A model generated the notes under the pieces. That model had not been told where the DNA came from. It saw only the letters and a program-made list of their open reading frames with translations, and made no database searches. Positions 26,185-34,795 of a stretch of DNA of 64,000 nt are shown in pieces. Position 1 is the stretch's first letter. The number at the start of each line of letters is the position of its first letter. The position numbers and the translations under genes were made by a program. This stretch comes from Candidatus Krumholzibacteriia bacterium (lineage in GTDB: Bacteria > Krumholzibacteriota > Krumholzibacteriia > JAJRXK01): contig JBGPIA010000009.1 in assembly GCA_041484665.1 (NCBI GenBank), positions 105,489 through 169,488 on the forward strand, written 5' to 3'.

Positions 26185-27270
26185 ATGCCCGCCAATCTCT
26201 CTCCCGACTACAAAAAGGCCGAGGCGGAGTACCGCAAGTCGCGTGACGCGCACGAGCGCCTGGACCTGCTGCGCGAGATGCTCAAGACGATCCCCAAGCA
26301 CAAGGGGACCGAGCACATCCAGGCCGACATCAAGGCGCGCATCAAGGAGCTCACCGAGGAGCTGGCTGCCCCACACAAGGGCGGCGCGCGCACCGGGCCG
26401 GCGCAGGCCGTGCGTCCCGAGGGCGCGGCGCAGATCGCGCTGCTCGGGCCGCCGAACGCGGGCAAGTCGAGCCTGCACGCACGCCTGACCCATTCCCATG
26501 CCGAGATCGGCCCGTACCCGTTCACCACGAAGGCGCCGAGGGCCGGCATGCTCCCGCACGAGGACATCCACTTCCAACTGGTGGATCTGCCGCCCTTGTC
26601 GGCGGAGTTCATGGAGCCGTGGATGCCCAATGCACTGCAGCCGGCCGACGCCGCGCTCCTGGTGATCGACTTGAGCGATCCTGCGTGCGTCGAGCAGGTC
26701 GCGGCGATCCGTGAGCGCCTCGACGCCAAGCGCGTCACGCTGGAGGAGCGCTGGGGCGCGGCGGTGCAGGCGGGGACGCGCAGCCGCGACGCGGGGCACT
26801 TGACCGCGGCCTTTGCCACGCACGCGACGGCAGACGACGGCGGCGATGACCAGGAGCTCGCCGATCCTTTCCGCATCCACCTGCCCACGCTGCTGCTGGC
26901 CAACAAGTGCGATCTCGATCCCGATCCGGCGGAGGCCGAGGTGCTCGAGGAGCTGCTGGGCGTGCGCTACCCGGCGCTGTCAGTCTCGGCCACCACGGGG
27001 CAGGGGCTGGATCGGATTGCGCCGTTCTTGTTCGAGGGGTTGGGTATCGTGCGCGTCTACACCAAGGCGCCCGGGAAACCGCCTGCCACAGGTCGTCCCT
27101 ACACGCTGCGCCGCGGCGAGACCGTCACCCACGTGGCGCGCCTGGTGCACCGCGAGCTGGCCGCGTCGCTCAAATTCGCGCGCGTCTGGGGCAGCGGAGA
27201 GTTCCAGGGGCAGCAGGTGGGGCGCGAGCACGTGGTGCAGGACGGCGACATCGTCGAGCTGCACACTTAG
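26185..27270 (+). CDS. DRG/OBG-family GTPase with C-terminal TGS domain
   Basis: MPANL, PKHKGTE N-terminal motif; GPPNAGKS, YPFTT, DLPP, NKCD, SAT; VYTK.PG, ARVWG, DGDIVELH. Confidence 0.88.
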   Translation: MPANLSPDYKKAEAEYRKSRDAHERLDLLREMLKTIPKHKGTEHIQADIKARIKELTEELAAPHKGGARTGPAQAVRPEGAAQIALLGPPNAGKSSLHARLTHSHAEIGPYPFTTKAPRAGMLPHEDIHFQLVDLPPLSAEFMEPWMPNALQPADAALLVIDLSDPACVEQVAAIRERLDAKRVTLEERWGAAVQAGTRSRDAGHLTAAFATHATADDGGDDQELADPFRIHLPTLLLANKCDLDPDPAEAEVLEELLGVRYPALSVSATTGQGLDRIAPFLFEGLGIVRVYTKAPGKPPATGRPYTLRRGETVTHVARLVHRELAASLKFARVWGSGEFQGQQVGREHVVQDGDIVELHT

Positions 27271-27391
27271 CGCCGCTTTCAACCCGGGGCGTGGCGCTCT
27301 CTTGTTCCGTGCGGGTCGGGGCCCTACCATCCGCGGGGTTCCCCATTCCCCAGCTCTCCACCGATCACCTCGGCCCCACCCGGGAGCAGCG

Positions 27392-28657
27392 ATGGACCGC
27401 TTCGAGATCACCGGCCCCAGCACGATCAGAGGATCCGTGCGGGTGAGCGGCGCCAAGAACGCCGTGCTTCCGCTCATGGCGGCCACGCTGCTCACGCGCG
27501 GCGTGAGTCGCATTCGAAACGTCCCTGACCTGCGCGACACCAAGACCATGGGCAAAGTCCTCGCCGCGATCGGCGCGCGGATCGAGCACGGCGCTGGCAC
27601 GCTCACCGTCGACACGCGCGCGGCCGAGGGGATGGAGGCGCCCTACGACCTGGTCAAGACCATGCGCGCAAGCATCTATGTGCTAGGACCCCTGCTCGCC
27701 GCGCGGGGCCGCGCCCGGGTGAGCCTGCCCGGCGGCTGCGCCTGGGGGCCGCGCCCGGTCGACCTCCACATCAAGGGCATGGAGGCCCTGGGCGCGAAGA
27801 TCGAGCTCGAGGAAGGCTACATCGTCGCCACGGCCGACCGCCTGCGCGGGGCGGAGTTCAGCTTCGAGACCAGCAGCGTGGGCGCCACCGCCAACGTGCT
27901 CATGGCCGCCGTGCTCGCCAAGGGCAGAACCGTCCTTGAGAACGCCGCGCGCGAGCCGGAGGTCACCCAGTTGGCCGAGGCGTTGGTGTTGATGGGCGCA
28001 AAGATCGACGGCCTGGGCACCACGCGCCTGGAGATCGAGGGCGTCAGCGCGCTGCATCCCGCCGATCTGGCCGTCATCCCCGACCGCATCGAGGCGGGAA
28101 CGTTCCTGACGGCGGCAGCGATCCTGCGCAGCAAGATCGCGGTCGAGGGCTGCCGCCCCGACCACATGGGCGCGACCCTCGACGTGCTGACCGCCATGGG
28201 CTGCGAGCTGGAGGCCGAGGACGACATCGTGAGCATCGACGGGAGCGCTGCCAACCGGCCGGTCAATGCCGTGACGCGACCCTTCCCCGGCTTCGCCACC
28301 GACATGCAGGCGCAGATGATGGCCGTCGCCTCGCTGCTGCCCGGGATCAGCGTCATCACCGACACGATCTACCCCGACCGCTTCACACACGTCGCCGAGC
28401 TGCGCCGCCTGGGCGCCAACATCCGCCTGGATGGCAGCTCCGCGGTGGTCCGCGGCGTGGAGACGCTCAAGGGCGCCCCCGTGATGGCCACCGACCTGCG
28501 TGCCTCGGCGGCGCTGATCCTCGCCGGCATGGCCGCCCACGGAACGACGCTGCTCGAGCGCGTCTACCACATCGACCGTGGCTACGAGGCCATCGAGAAG
28601 AAGCTGCAGGCGCTGGGGGCCTCGATCGAGCGCGTGCCCGGGCCGCCGACGCCGTGA
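27392..28657 (+). CDS. murA: UDP-N-acetylglucosamine 1-carboxyvinyltransferase
   Basis: GAKNA, MRAS, LPGGCAWGPRP, DRIEAGT, TDMQAQ, DLRAS, HIDRGY. Confidence 0.97.
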   Translation: MDRFEITGPSTIRGSVRVSGAKNAVLPLMAATLLTRGVSRIRNVPDLRDTKTMGKVLAAIGARIEHGAGTLTVDTRAAEGMEAPYDLVKTMRASIYVLGPLLAARGRARVSLPGGCAWGPRPVDLHIKGMEALGAKIELEEGYIVATADRLRGAEFSFETSSVGATANVLMAAVLAKGRTVLENAAREPEVTQLAEALVLMGAKIDGLGTTRLEIEGVSALHPADLAVIPDRIEAGTFLTAAAILRSKIAVEGCRPDHMGATLDVLTAMGCELEAEDDIVSIDGSAANRPVNAVTRPFPGFATDMQAQMMAVASLLPGISVITDTIYPDRFTHVAELRRLGANIRLDGSSAVVRGVETLKGAPVMATDLRASAALILAGMAAHGTTLLERVYHIDRGYEAIEKKLQALGASIERVPGPPTP

Positions 28658-30579
28658 GCGAGCCGCAGCACGCGCCGGCCGCCGTGACCCGCACGCTGAT
28701 TCTGGGCACCGCCGGCCACGTCGACCATGGCAAGACGGCTCTGGTCAAGGCGCTCACCGGCATCGACACCGACCGCCTGCCCGAGGAGAAGGCGCGCGGG
28801 ATCTCCATCGAGCTCGGCTTCGCGCACCTGGACCTGCCCGGCGGGATCCGGCTGGGCATCGTCGACGTCCCCGGCCACGAACGCTTCGTCCGGCAGATGG
28901 TCGCCGGAGCGGGCGGTATGGACCTGGCGATGTTGCTGATCGCCGCCGACGAGGGAGTGATGCCCCAGACCCGCGAGCACCTCGACGTGCTGCACATGCT
29001 GGGCGTGGGTGCCGGCCTGGTTGTGATCACCAAGCGCGATCTGGTCGAGCCCGCTCTGCTCGCGCTGGTTGCCGACGAGGCGCACCAGCTGGTGGCGGAG
29101 ACGTTTCTCGCCGCCGCGCCCATCGTGACGGTGAGCGCGCTCACGGGCGAGGGGCTGCCGCACCTGCGCGATGAGCTCCTCCGCCTGGCCGCGCGCGTCG
29201 CGCCGCGGGCGCGGGTGGGTGATTTCCGTCTGCCCGTCGATCGCGTGTTCGTGCTGCAGGGATCGGGCGTGGTGGTCACGGGCACTGCCTTTGGGGGCAG
29301 CGTTCGCGCGGGCGACAAGCTGCGGCTGCTTCCCGCGGGTGCGGGCATCCGCGTGCGCGAGGTGCAAAGCCACGGCGATCCCGTGGCGGAGGCGGGCGCG
29401 GGCGAGCGAGTCGCGCTTTCGCTGCACGGCGTCAAGAAAGAGGAGATCGAGCGCGGCGACCAGCTCGTCTCGGGCGACGGCTGGCAGCCCGCGCGGGTGC
29501 TGGGCGTGCGGCTGGAGGCCGTCGTTGGCCTGGACGAGGCCTTGCGCACACGCGCCCGCTTCCACGTACACCACGCCGCGCGCGAGGTGCTGGGGCGGCT
29601 GGATCTGCTCGAGGGCGGCACGCTCGCTGCCGGTCAGTCCGGACTTGCGCGCCTGCACCTGGAGGTTCCGCTGGTCGCCGCGCCGGGCGACCGGCTCGTG
29701 CTCCGCTCGTATTCACCCATGGTCACCGTTGCGGGCGGCGTCGTCCTCGATCCGCAGCTGCCACTGCGCCAGCGCCGCGGCGACGCGCTCTTGTGGCTGC
29801 TGCGTATCGCGCAACGCGGCCCGCGGGCGTGGCCGCTCTTGCGCATCGCGCGAGCGGAGCTCGTGGGGTGCGCCCGGGCCGATCTGCGCCCCTGGTACAG
29901 CATGTTGGGGCTTGGCCAACCGGACGCCGACCGCGCGGTCGACGAAGCGGTCCGCGCCGGCTCGCTGCTGGAGGTGGGCGACCGCGTCCTGGACGCCGCG
30001 TGCGCGCAGCAGGCCGCGCAGCGGGCGCTGGAGCTGCTGCGCGAGCACCAGCAGGTTGCGCCCATGTCCCCGGGCCTGCCGCGGGAGGAGCTGCGCCAGG
30101 CGTTGGGCTTCCGGGGGACACCACAGCACTTCGCGCAGCTCTTGTCGGCATGGACGGCGCAGCTGCCGCTGTTCTCCACCGGCGACCGCGTGCGCGCCGA
30201 CAGCGCCGCGCCCCAGCTCACCGGCGCGCAGCAAGCGGGCCTCGGCGCACTGGAGCGACGCATCGCCCAGGCCGGCGCCGCCTACGAGGCGTCCGAGGCG
30301 GAGCTGCGCAGCCCCGAGCTTCCGTTGCTGGTGGGCTCCGGGCGGGTGGTCAGGCTGGGCGGACGGTTGCTCGCCCACCGTGACGCCCTCGACGATCTGG
30401 TGCGCCGTGTCGCCGGGCACTTCGCCCGGACCGATCGCCTGGAGATCGCCCACGTCAAGGAGTGGACGCAGGCCTCGCGCAAGTTCGTGGTACCCTTGAT
30501 GGAGTGGTTGGACGCCGCGGACATCACGCGCTTCGCCGACGGGGCGCGCCGGCGCGGGCCCAAGTGCCCCACGCCCTAG
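28654..30579 (+). CDS. selB: Selenocysteine-specific elongation factor
   Basis: [39 protein letters not shown]-terminal winged helix SRKFVVPLMEWLD. Confidence 0.92.
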   Translation: MSEPQHAPAAVTRTLILGTAGHVDHGKTALVKALTGIDTDRLPEEKARGISIELGFAHLDLPGGIRLGIVDVPGHERFVRQMVAGAGGMDLAMLLIAADEGVMPQTREHLDVLHMLGVGAGLVVITKRDLVEPALLALVADEAHQLVAETFLAAAPIVTVSALTGEGLPHLRDELLRLAARVAPRARVGDFRLPVDRVFVLQGSGVVVTGTAFGGSVRAGDKLRLLPAGAGIRVREVQSHGDPVAEAGAGERVALSLHGVKKEEIERGDQLVSGDGWQPARVLGVRLEAVVGLDEALRTRARFHVHHAAREVLGRLDLLEGGTLAAGQSGLARLHLEVPLVAAPGDRLVLRSYSPMVTVAGGVVLDPQLPLRQRRGDALLWLLRIAQRGPRAWPLLRIARAELVGCARADLRPWYSMLGLGQPDADRAVDEAVRAGSLLEVGDRVLDAACAQQAAQRALELLREHQQVAPMSPGLPREELRQALGFRGTPQHFAQLLSAWTAQLPLFSTGDRVRADSAAPQLTGAQQAGLGALERRIAQAGAAYEASEAELRSPELPLLVGSGRVVRLGGRLLAHRDALDDLVRRVAGHFARTDRLEIAHVKEWTQASRKFVVPLMEWLDAADITRFADGARRRGPKCPTP

Positions 30580-30704
30580 CACGAGGCGGCTGATCGTGGT
30601 GCAAGCGCCGCGCCTGTTCCTCGGTTGCGTGCTGGTGGCGGCGGCCGGGGCGGCGGCGCGCGGCACGACGGGCGCCCGCGTACGGCATCGACAGGCCAGC
30701 GCTC

Positions 30705-32147
30705 CTAGCCCTCCCGCTCCCCCTGCGCGCTGCACCCCTCCGGCATCCGCGGTGTCACGAACAACGTCCTGGCTCGCTCGACCTGGGCGAGCCCCGGCTT
30801 GGATCCGCGCGGCTTGCGCACATACTTGCGCTGTGTCACCACCACTGGAACGGTCTGCGACGTACGCGCCTTGCTGAACAGGGCCGCCAGTTGCGCCGCC
30901 TGCTCCGTGTCGCGCGAGGAGACCGGCGTGCCGCCGCTGCGCAGGACCACATGGCTGCCCTCCACACCCTGCGCGTGAAGCCACAGGTCGGCCGGCGCGC
31001 TGTGACGGCGCGTGAGCGCGTCGTTGTCCTTTGCGGAGCGTCCCACGCGCACCTCCAGGCCGCTGGCCAGCACGAACGTGCGATAGGGCAAACGCGGCTG
31101 CGCCTGCCGCAGCGGCGCCGAGCGGTGCTCCTTGGCGCGCACGGGCGCGAAATCGACGGAGAGCTCCACGGCCAGCTCCAGCAGCTCCTCGAGTTGGTGG
31201 CGGCGGTCGAGCTCGGCCAGCGCGTCGGCGGCGCGCTCCCGTGCCGCGGCCGCCTGCAGCAGCCGTTGCCGTGTGCCCTCTACCTTACGTTCTCCGCGCG
31301 CGGCGCGGCGGTACAGCTCCTGCAGGTTCTCCGCAGGCGCGCGCGCCGGATCGAGGGCGATTTTCGTCGGCTGGCCGTCGAAGCCCTGGAGAGTAACCTC
31401 GGCCTGCCCCGCGCCCACCGTGTGCAGGTAGGCAGCCAGCAGGTCGGCCTGCGCTCGCAGATGGACTGCGCGCTCGCCCTCCAAAGCGTCGTGCTGCAGC
31501 GCATCGAGGCGGCGTTGCTCGCGGCGCAGAGCGCCGTTGAGCACGTCGCGCAGCCGTCGGCGGACGCTCGTGCACAGGCCAGCCTGCAGGGCGGCGCGCG
31601 CCAGCGCCCCGTGCAGGGCGAGCTGGAATCCCGTGCCGCAAGCACCGGCGGCCGCGCCCTCCGCCAAGTCCTGCGGCGCGCCATCGGGCAGCGCGCCCGT
31701 TCGCGCCACCGGCTGCGGCTGTGGACCCTGCAGCCAGATGGCACCGGGGCGGGGCCACAGGCACACGGCCATGCGTAGCGGGGGCTCGCCCGCGAGATCC
31801 AACGCGAGCCCGCACGGCGCGCCCTGCCCATCACCGAGCAGCGCAGCGCCCGTCACATGGCGCCCGCGCAGGTGCGAGGCGAACGGGCTCTCGCGATACA
31901 GGCCCAGCGCGTGCAGCCAGGCGCCCGGCACGGGGTGCTCGTCGAGCCAGATGGCCCGCAGCCACGGCAACGCGGTCGCCCACAGGAAGCTGCCGCCCAC
32001 GCGCAGTGAGATCCAGCCGGCGCCTGCGGCGATGCCTTCGATGGCGGCGCCGCGCAGCCGGCCCGCCAGCTCCTGGCACAGCGGGGGCAGCCAGGTGGGC
32101 GGCGGCCCGAGCGGCCCTGCGGTGGAGCCGGACGCGCCATTCTCCAT
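30705..32147 (-). CDS. rqcH: NFACT / RqcH (Rqc2/FbpA) family ribosome quality-control protein with a divergent N-terminus
   Basis: Coiled coil with IALDP...ENLQELYRRA; NFACT-R motifs VGRSAKDND, DLWLHA..GSHVV, KYVRKP. Confidence 0.8.
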   Translation of the reverse strand: MENGASGSTAGPLGPPPTWLPPLCQELAGRLRGAAIEGIAAGAGWISLRVGGSFLWATALPWLRAIWLDEHPVPGAWLHALGLYRESPFASHLRGRHVTGAALLGDGQGAPCGLALDLAGEPPLRMAVCLWPRPGAIWLQGPQPQPVARTGALPDGAPQDLAEGAAAGACGTGFQLALHGALARAALQAGLCTSVRRRLRDVLNGALRREQRRLDALQHDALEGERAVHLRAQADLLAAYLHTVGAGQAEVTLQGFDGQPTKIALDPARAPAENLQELYRRAARGERKVEGTRQRLLQAAAARERAADALAELDRRHQLEELLELAVELSVDFAPVRAKEHRSAPLRQAQPRLPYRTFVLASGLEVRVGRSAKDNDALTRRHSAPADLWLHAQGVEGSHVVLRSGGTPVSSRDTEQAAQLAALFSKARTSQTVPVVVTQRKYVRKPRGSKPGLAQVERARTLFVTPRMPEGCSAQGEREG

Positions 32148-32237
32148 CTTCCCGTTGCACCTCCCTGCGCGCGCCGCGGGCGAGCGCCGCGGCGGTCTAA
32201 AGTTGCGTCCGCGCGGGCTCCGTGCAACCCTAGCACC

Positions 32238-33110
32238 ATGCGGAGCATGACGGGCATGGGAGGCGCGAGCGCCCGCCGCGCCGGCGTGACGCTGCGCGCC
32301 GACGTGCGCTCGGTCAACCATCGATTCCTCGAGGTGGTCTTGCGCGCTCCCACGGGCCTGAGCGTGTTAGAAGGTCGCGTGCGCGAGAAGGTCGCTGGCG
32401 CCATCGAGCGCGGCCGCATCTCGGTGACCCTCGAGCTGGAGCAGGCCGGTGGTGGCCTGGAGGTCGCGGTCAACGAGCCGTTCGTGGCCGCTTACGTCGA
32501 GGCCCTGCGCGAGCTGAGGCGCAAGTACCGTCTCGACGGCGAGATCGAGCTGGCGCACGTGGTGGCGCGCCCCGAGGCGCTCGAGGTACGCGAGCGCATC
32601 CTGCCCGAGGACACCATGCTCGCGCTGCTGGACGAGGTGGTGGAGGGGGCGCTCGCGCAGTTCAACGCGATGCGCGCGCGCGAGGGGGGGGCGCTTGCGC
32701 GTGAGCTCGCCCGCCGCTGCAAGCTGCTGCGCTCGCAGTTGAAGGTCGTGGAGCGCCACGCCGCGACCGTGCCGCGCGAGGCGCAGCGCCGGCTCAAGGA
32801 GCGGCTGGCCAAACTGGGGGCCGCCGACGCCGTCGATCCGGCGCGGCTGGCGGCGGAGGTGGCGTTGTTGGCCGACCGCGCCACGATCACCGAGGAGTGT
32901 GAGCGCCTGACCAGCCACCTGCAACAGTTCGAGGAGACGCTGCGACAGAGCGAGCCGGCGGCCAAGCGGCTGGGATTCCTCCTGCAGGAGATGCACCGCG
33001 AGGTGAACACCATGGGGAGCAAATCAGCGTCGCTGGCCATCACCCACGCGGTGGTGCGCATGAAAGAGGAGCTGGAGAGCCTGCGGGAGCAGATCGCGAA
33101 CCTGGAGTAG
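32238..33110 (+). CDS. yicC: YicC/YloC family endoribonuclease
   Basis: MRSMTG, RSVNHRFLE, EECERL.SH, LGFLLQEMHREVNTMGSK, REQIANLE. Confidence 0.93.
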   Translation: MRSMTGMGGASARRAGVTLRADVRSVNHRFLEVVLRAPTGLSVLEGRVREKVAGAIERGRISVTLELEQAGGGLEVAVNEPFVAAYVEALRELRRKYRLDGEIELAHVVARPEALEVRERILPEDTMLALLDEVVEGALAQFNAMRAREGGALARELARRCKLLRSQLKVVERHAATVPREAQRRLKERLAKLGAADAVDPARLAAEVALLADRATITEECERLTSHLQQFEETLRQSEPAAKRLGFLLQEMHREVNTMGSKSASLAITHAVVRMKEELESLREQIANLE

Positions 33111-33173
33111 TCCGCGCGCGGGACGCGCGGCTCCCGCACAAGGCCGCTCACCCGGCCGCCGCCACCACCACTC

Positions 33174-33785
33174 ATGAGCGACACTGCCGCCACGGATTTT
33201 CTGTTCCTCGTCTCCGGCCCCTCGGGCTCCGGGAAGAGCACGCTCGCCCAGCGCCTGCTGCAGGCGCATCCGGAGCTGGAGTTCTCCGTCTCCTACACCA
33301 CGCGCACGATCCGCGGCGACGAGCGGGACGGCCGCGAGTACCACTTCATCGACCGCACGCGCTTCGAGGATATGGCGCGCCAGGGCGGCTTCGCGGAGCA
33401 CGCCGAGGTCCACGGCAATCTGTATGGCACGTGGCGCCCCGATCTGGACGCGATCTTCGCGCGCGGTCACCAGCCGCTCTTGGATCTCGACGTCCAGGGC
33501 GGCAGCAACATCCTCGATCTCTTCGGCGAGCGGGTTGCGGCGATCTTCGTCTTTCCGCCGTCGTGGGAGGAGCTGGAGCGGCGCCTGCGGGGGCGCAGGA
33601 CCGATGCGCAGGAGACGATCCAGCGCCGGCTGCTCAACGCGCGCTGGGAGGTCGGTTTCGCCCCGCGCTACGGCTACTACGTGGTCAACGATGACCAAGA
33701 GCGCGCGCAGGCCGACCTGGAGGCTATCCTTCGCGCCGAGCGATTGCGACGCGCGCGCTGGGCGGCGCGGTTGCTCGCCCCCTGA
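33174..33785 (+). CDS. gmk: Guanylate kinase
   Basis: GPSGSGKST, SYTTR..R..E.DG.EYHF, YGT. Confidence 0.95.
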   Translation: MSDTAATDFLFLVSGPSGSGKSTLAQRLLQAHPELEFSVSYTTRTIRGDERDGREYHFIDRTRFEDMARQGGFAEHAEVHGNLYGTWRPDLDAIFARGHQPLLDLDVQGGSNILDLFGERVAAIFVFPPSWEELERRLRGRRTDAQETIQRRLLNARWEVGFAPRYGYYVVNDDQERAQADLEAILRAERLRRARWAARLLAP

Positions 33786-34030
33786 CGTGCGCCCCTCCGC
33801 AGGGGCTGGAGCGCAGGCTGGACCCAGACGCGGCCCACCTGCTCCCACCCACGCCGGCCGCCCTTCGGCCATCCGCGTTGCGTCCGCCGGCCGGTCGGCC
33901 GCCCGCCGTTAGGCGGGCCGATGATGGAAGCCCGACCGATGGTAGACTGGAGCAGCGGGGTCGCCCGCCCCGGCCTCGCCCCCCGGGCGATTCCGCGGCG
34001 AAACGGCGCGGCAGACCCCGGGAGAGACCC

Positions 34031-34795
34031 TTGGCAACGCCCCAGGACGACGATCCCACAGGGCAGCCCCCCGACCATCCTGACCTGACCGCCTCGGCTG
34101 CGGCCCCGGCGGCTGCGGCCCCTGCGGCTCCGCCCGCCCTGGAACCTGATGCGGGGGACCGTACAACTGCGGGTGCGCCGACGGTCGGTCCGGGGGGGCC
34201 CGTGGCCAGCGCTTCCGCCACGAGCGGGCCTGGGAACGCCCAACCGGTCCTGGCTTCGACCGTTGCCCTGCTGCAGCGCTACCGTACCGGTGACGACGCC
34301 GCCCGCGATCTGCTGTTGGCTCGTTATCTCCCCATGCTCCGCCGCTGGGCCCACGGGCGCCTGCCGCTCTTCGCCCGTGGGCTGGCGGACACCGATGATC
34401 TTGTGCAGGTAACCCTGCTGCGGGCATTGAAACACATGGGGAGCTTCGAGCCGCGGCGCGAGGGAGCCTTTCTCGCCTACCTGCGCCGCATCCTGCTGAA
34501 CGCCATCCGCGAGGAGATCCGGCGGACGGCGCGTCGGCCCTCTAAAGCGCCCCTGGACGAGGAGCTGCCCGAGCCCAACCCGTGGTGGGTGGAGCAGGAT
34601 ACCTTCGAGGCATACGAGAAGGCGCTGGCCGCCCTGCCGCAAGCGCAACAGGAGGCCGTCATCCTGCGGGTTGAGTTCGGGTACACGCATCAGGAGATCG
34701 CCGATGCGATCGGGAGCCCCTCGGCCAACGCTGCGCGCATGTTTGTGGCGCGCGCTCTCGTCCGGCTCGCGGAGGCGATGAATGACTTGGACTAG
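34031..34795 (+). CDS. ECF sigma-70 factor
   Basis: Region 2 (DTDDLVQ, AYLRRILLN) and region 4 (LPQAQQEAVILR..G.T..EIA); TTG start after a GGAGAG RBS (start uncertain). Confidence 0.88.
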   Translation: MATPQDDDPTGQPPDHPDLTASAAAPAAAAPAAPPALEPDAGDRTTAGAPTVGPGGPVASASATSGPGNAQPVLASTVALLQRYRTGDDAARDLLLARYLPMLRRWAHGRLPLFARGLADTDDLVQVTLLRALKHMGSFEPRREGAFLAYLRRILLNAIREEIRRTARRPSKAPLDEELPEPNPWWVEQDTFEAYEKALAALPQAQQEAVILRVEFGYTHQEIADAIGSPSANAARMFVARALVRLAEAMNDLD

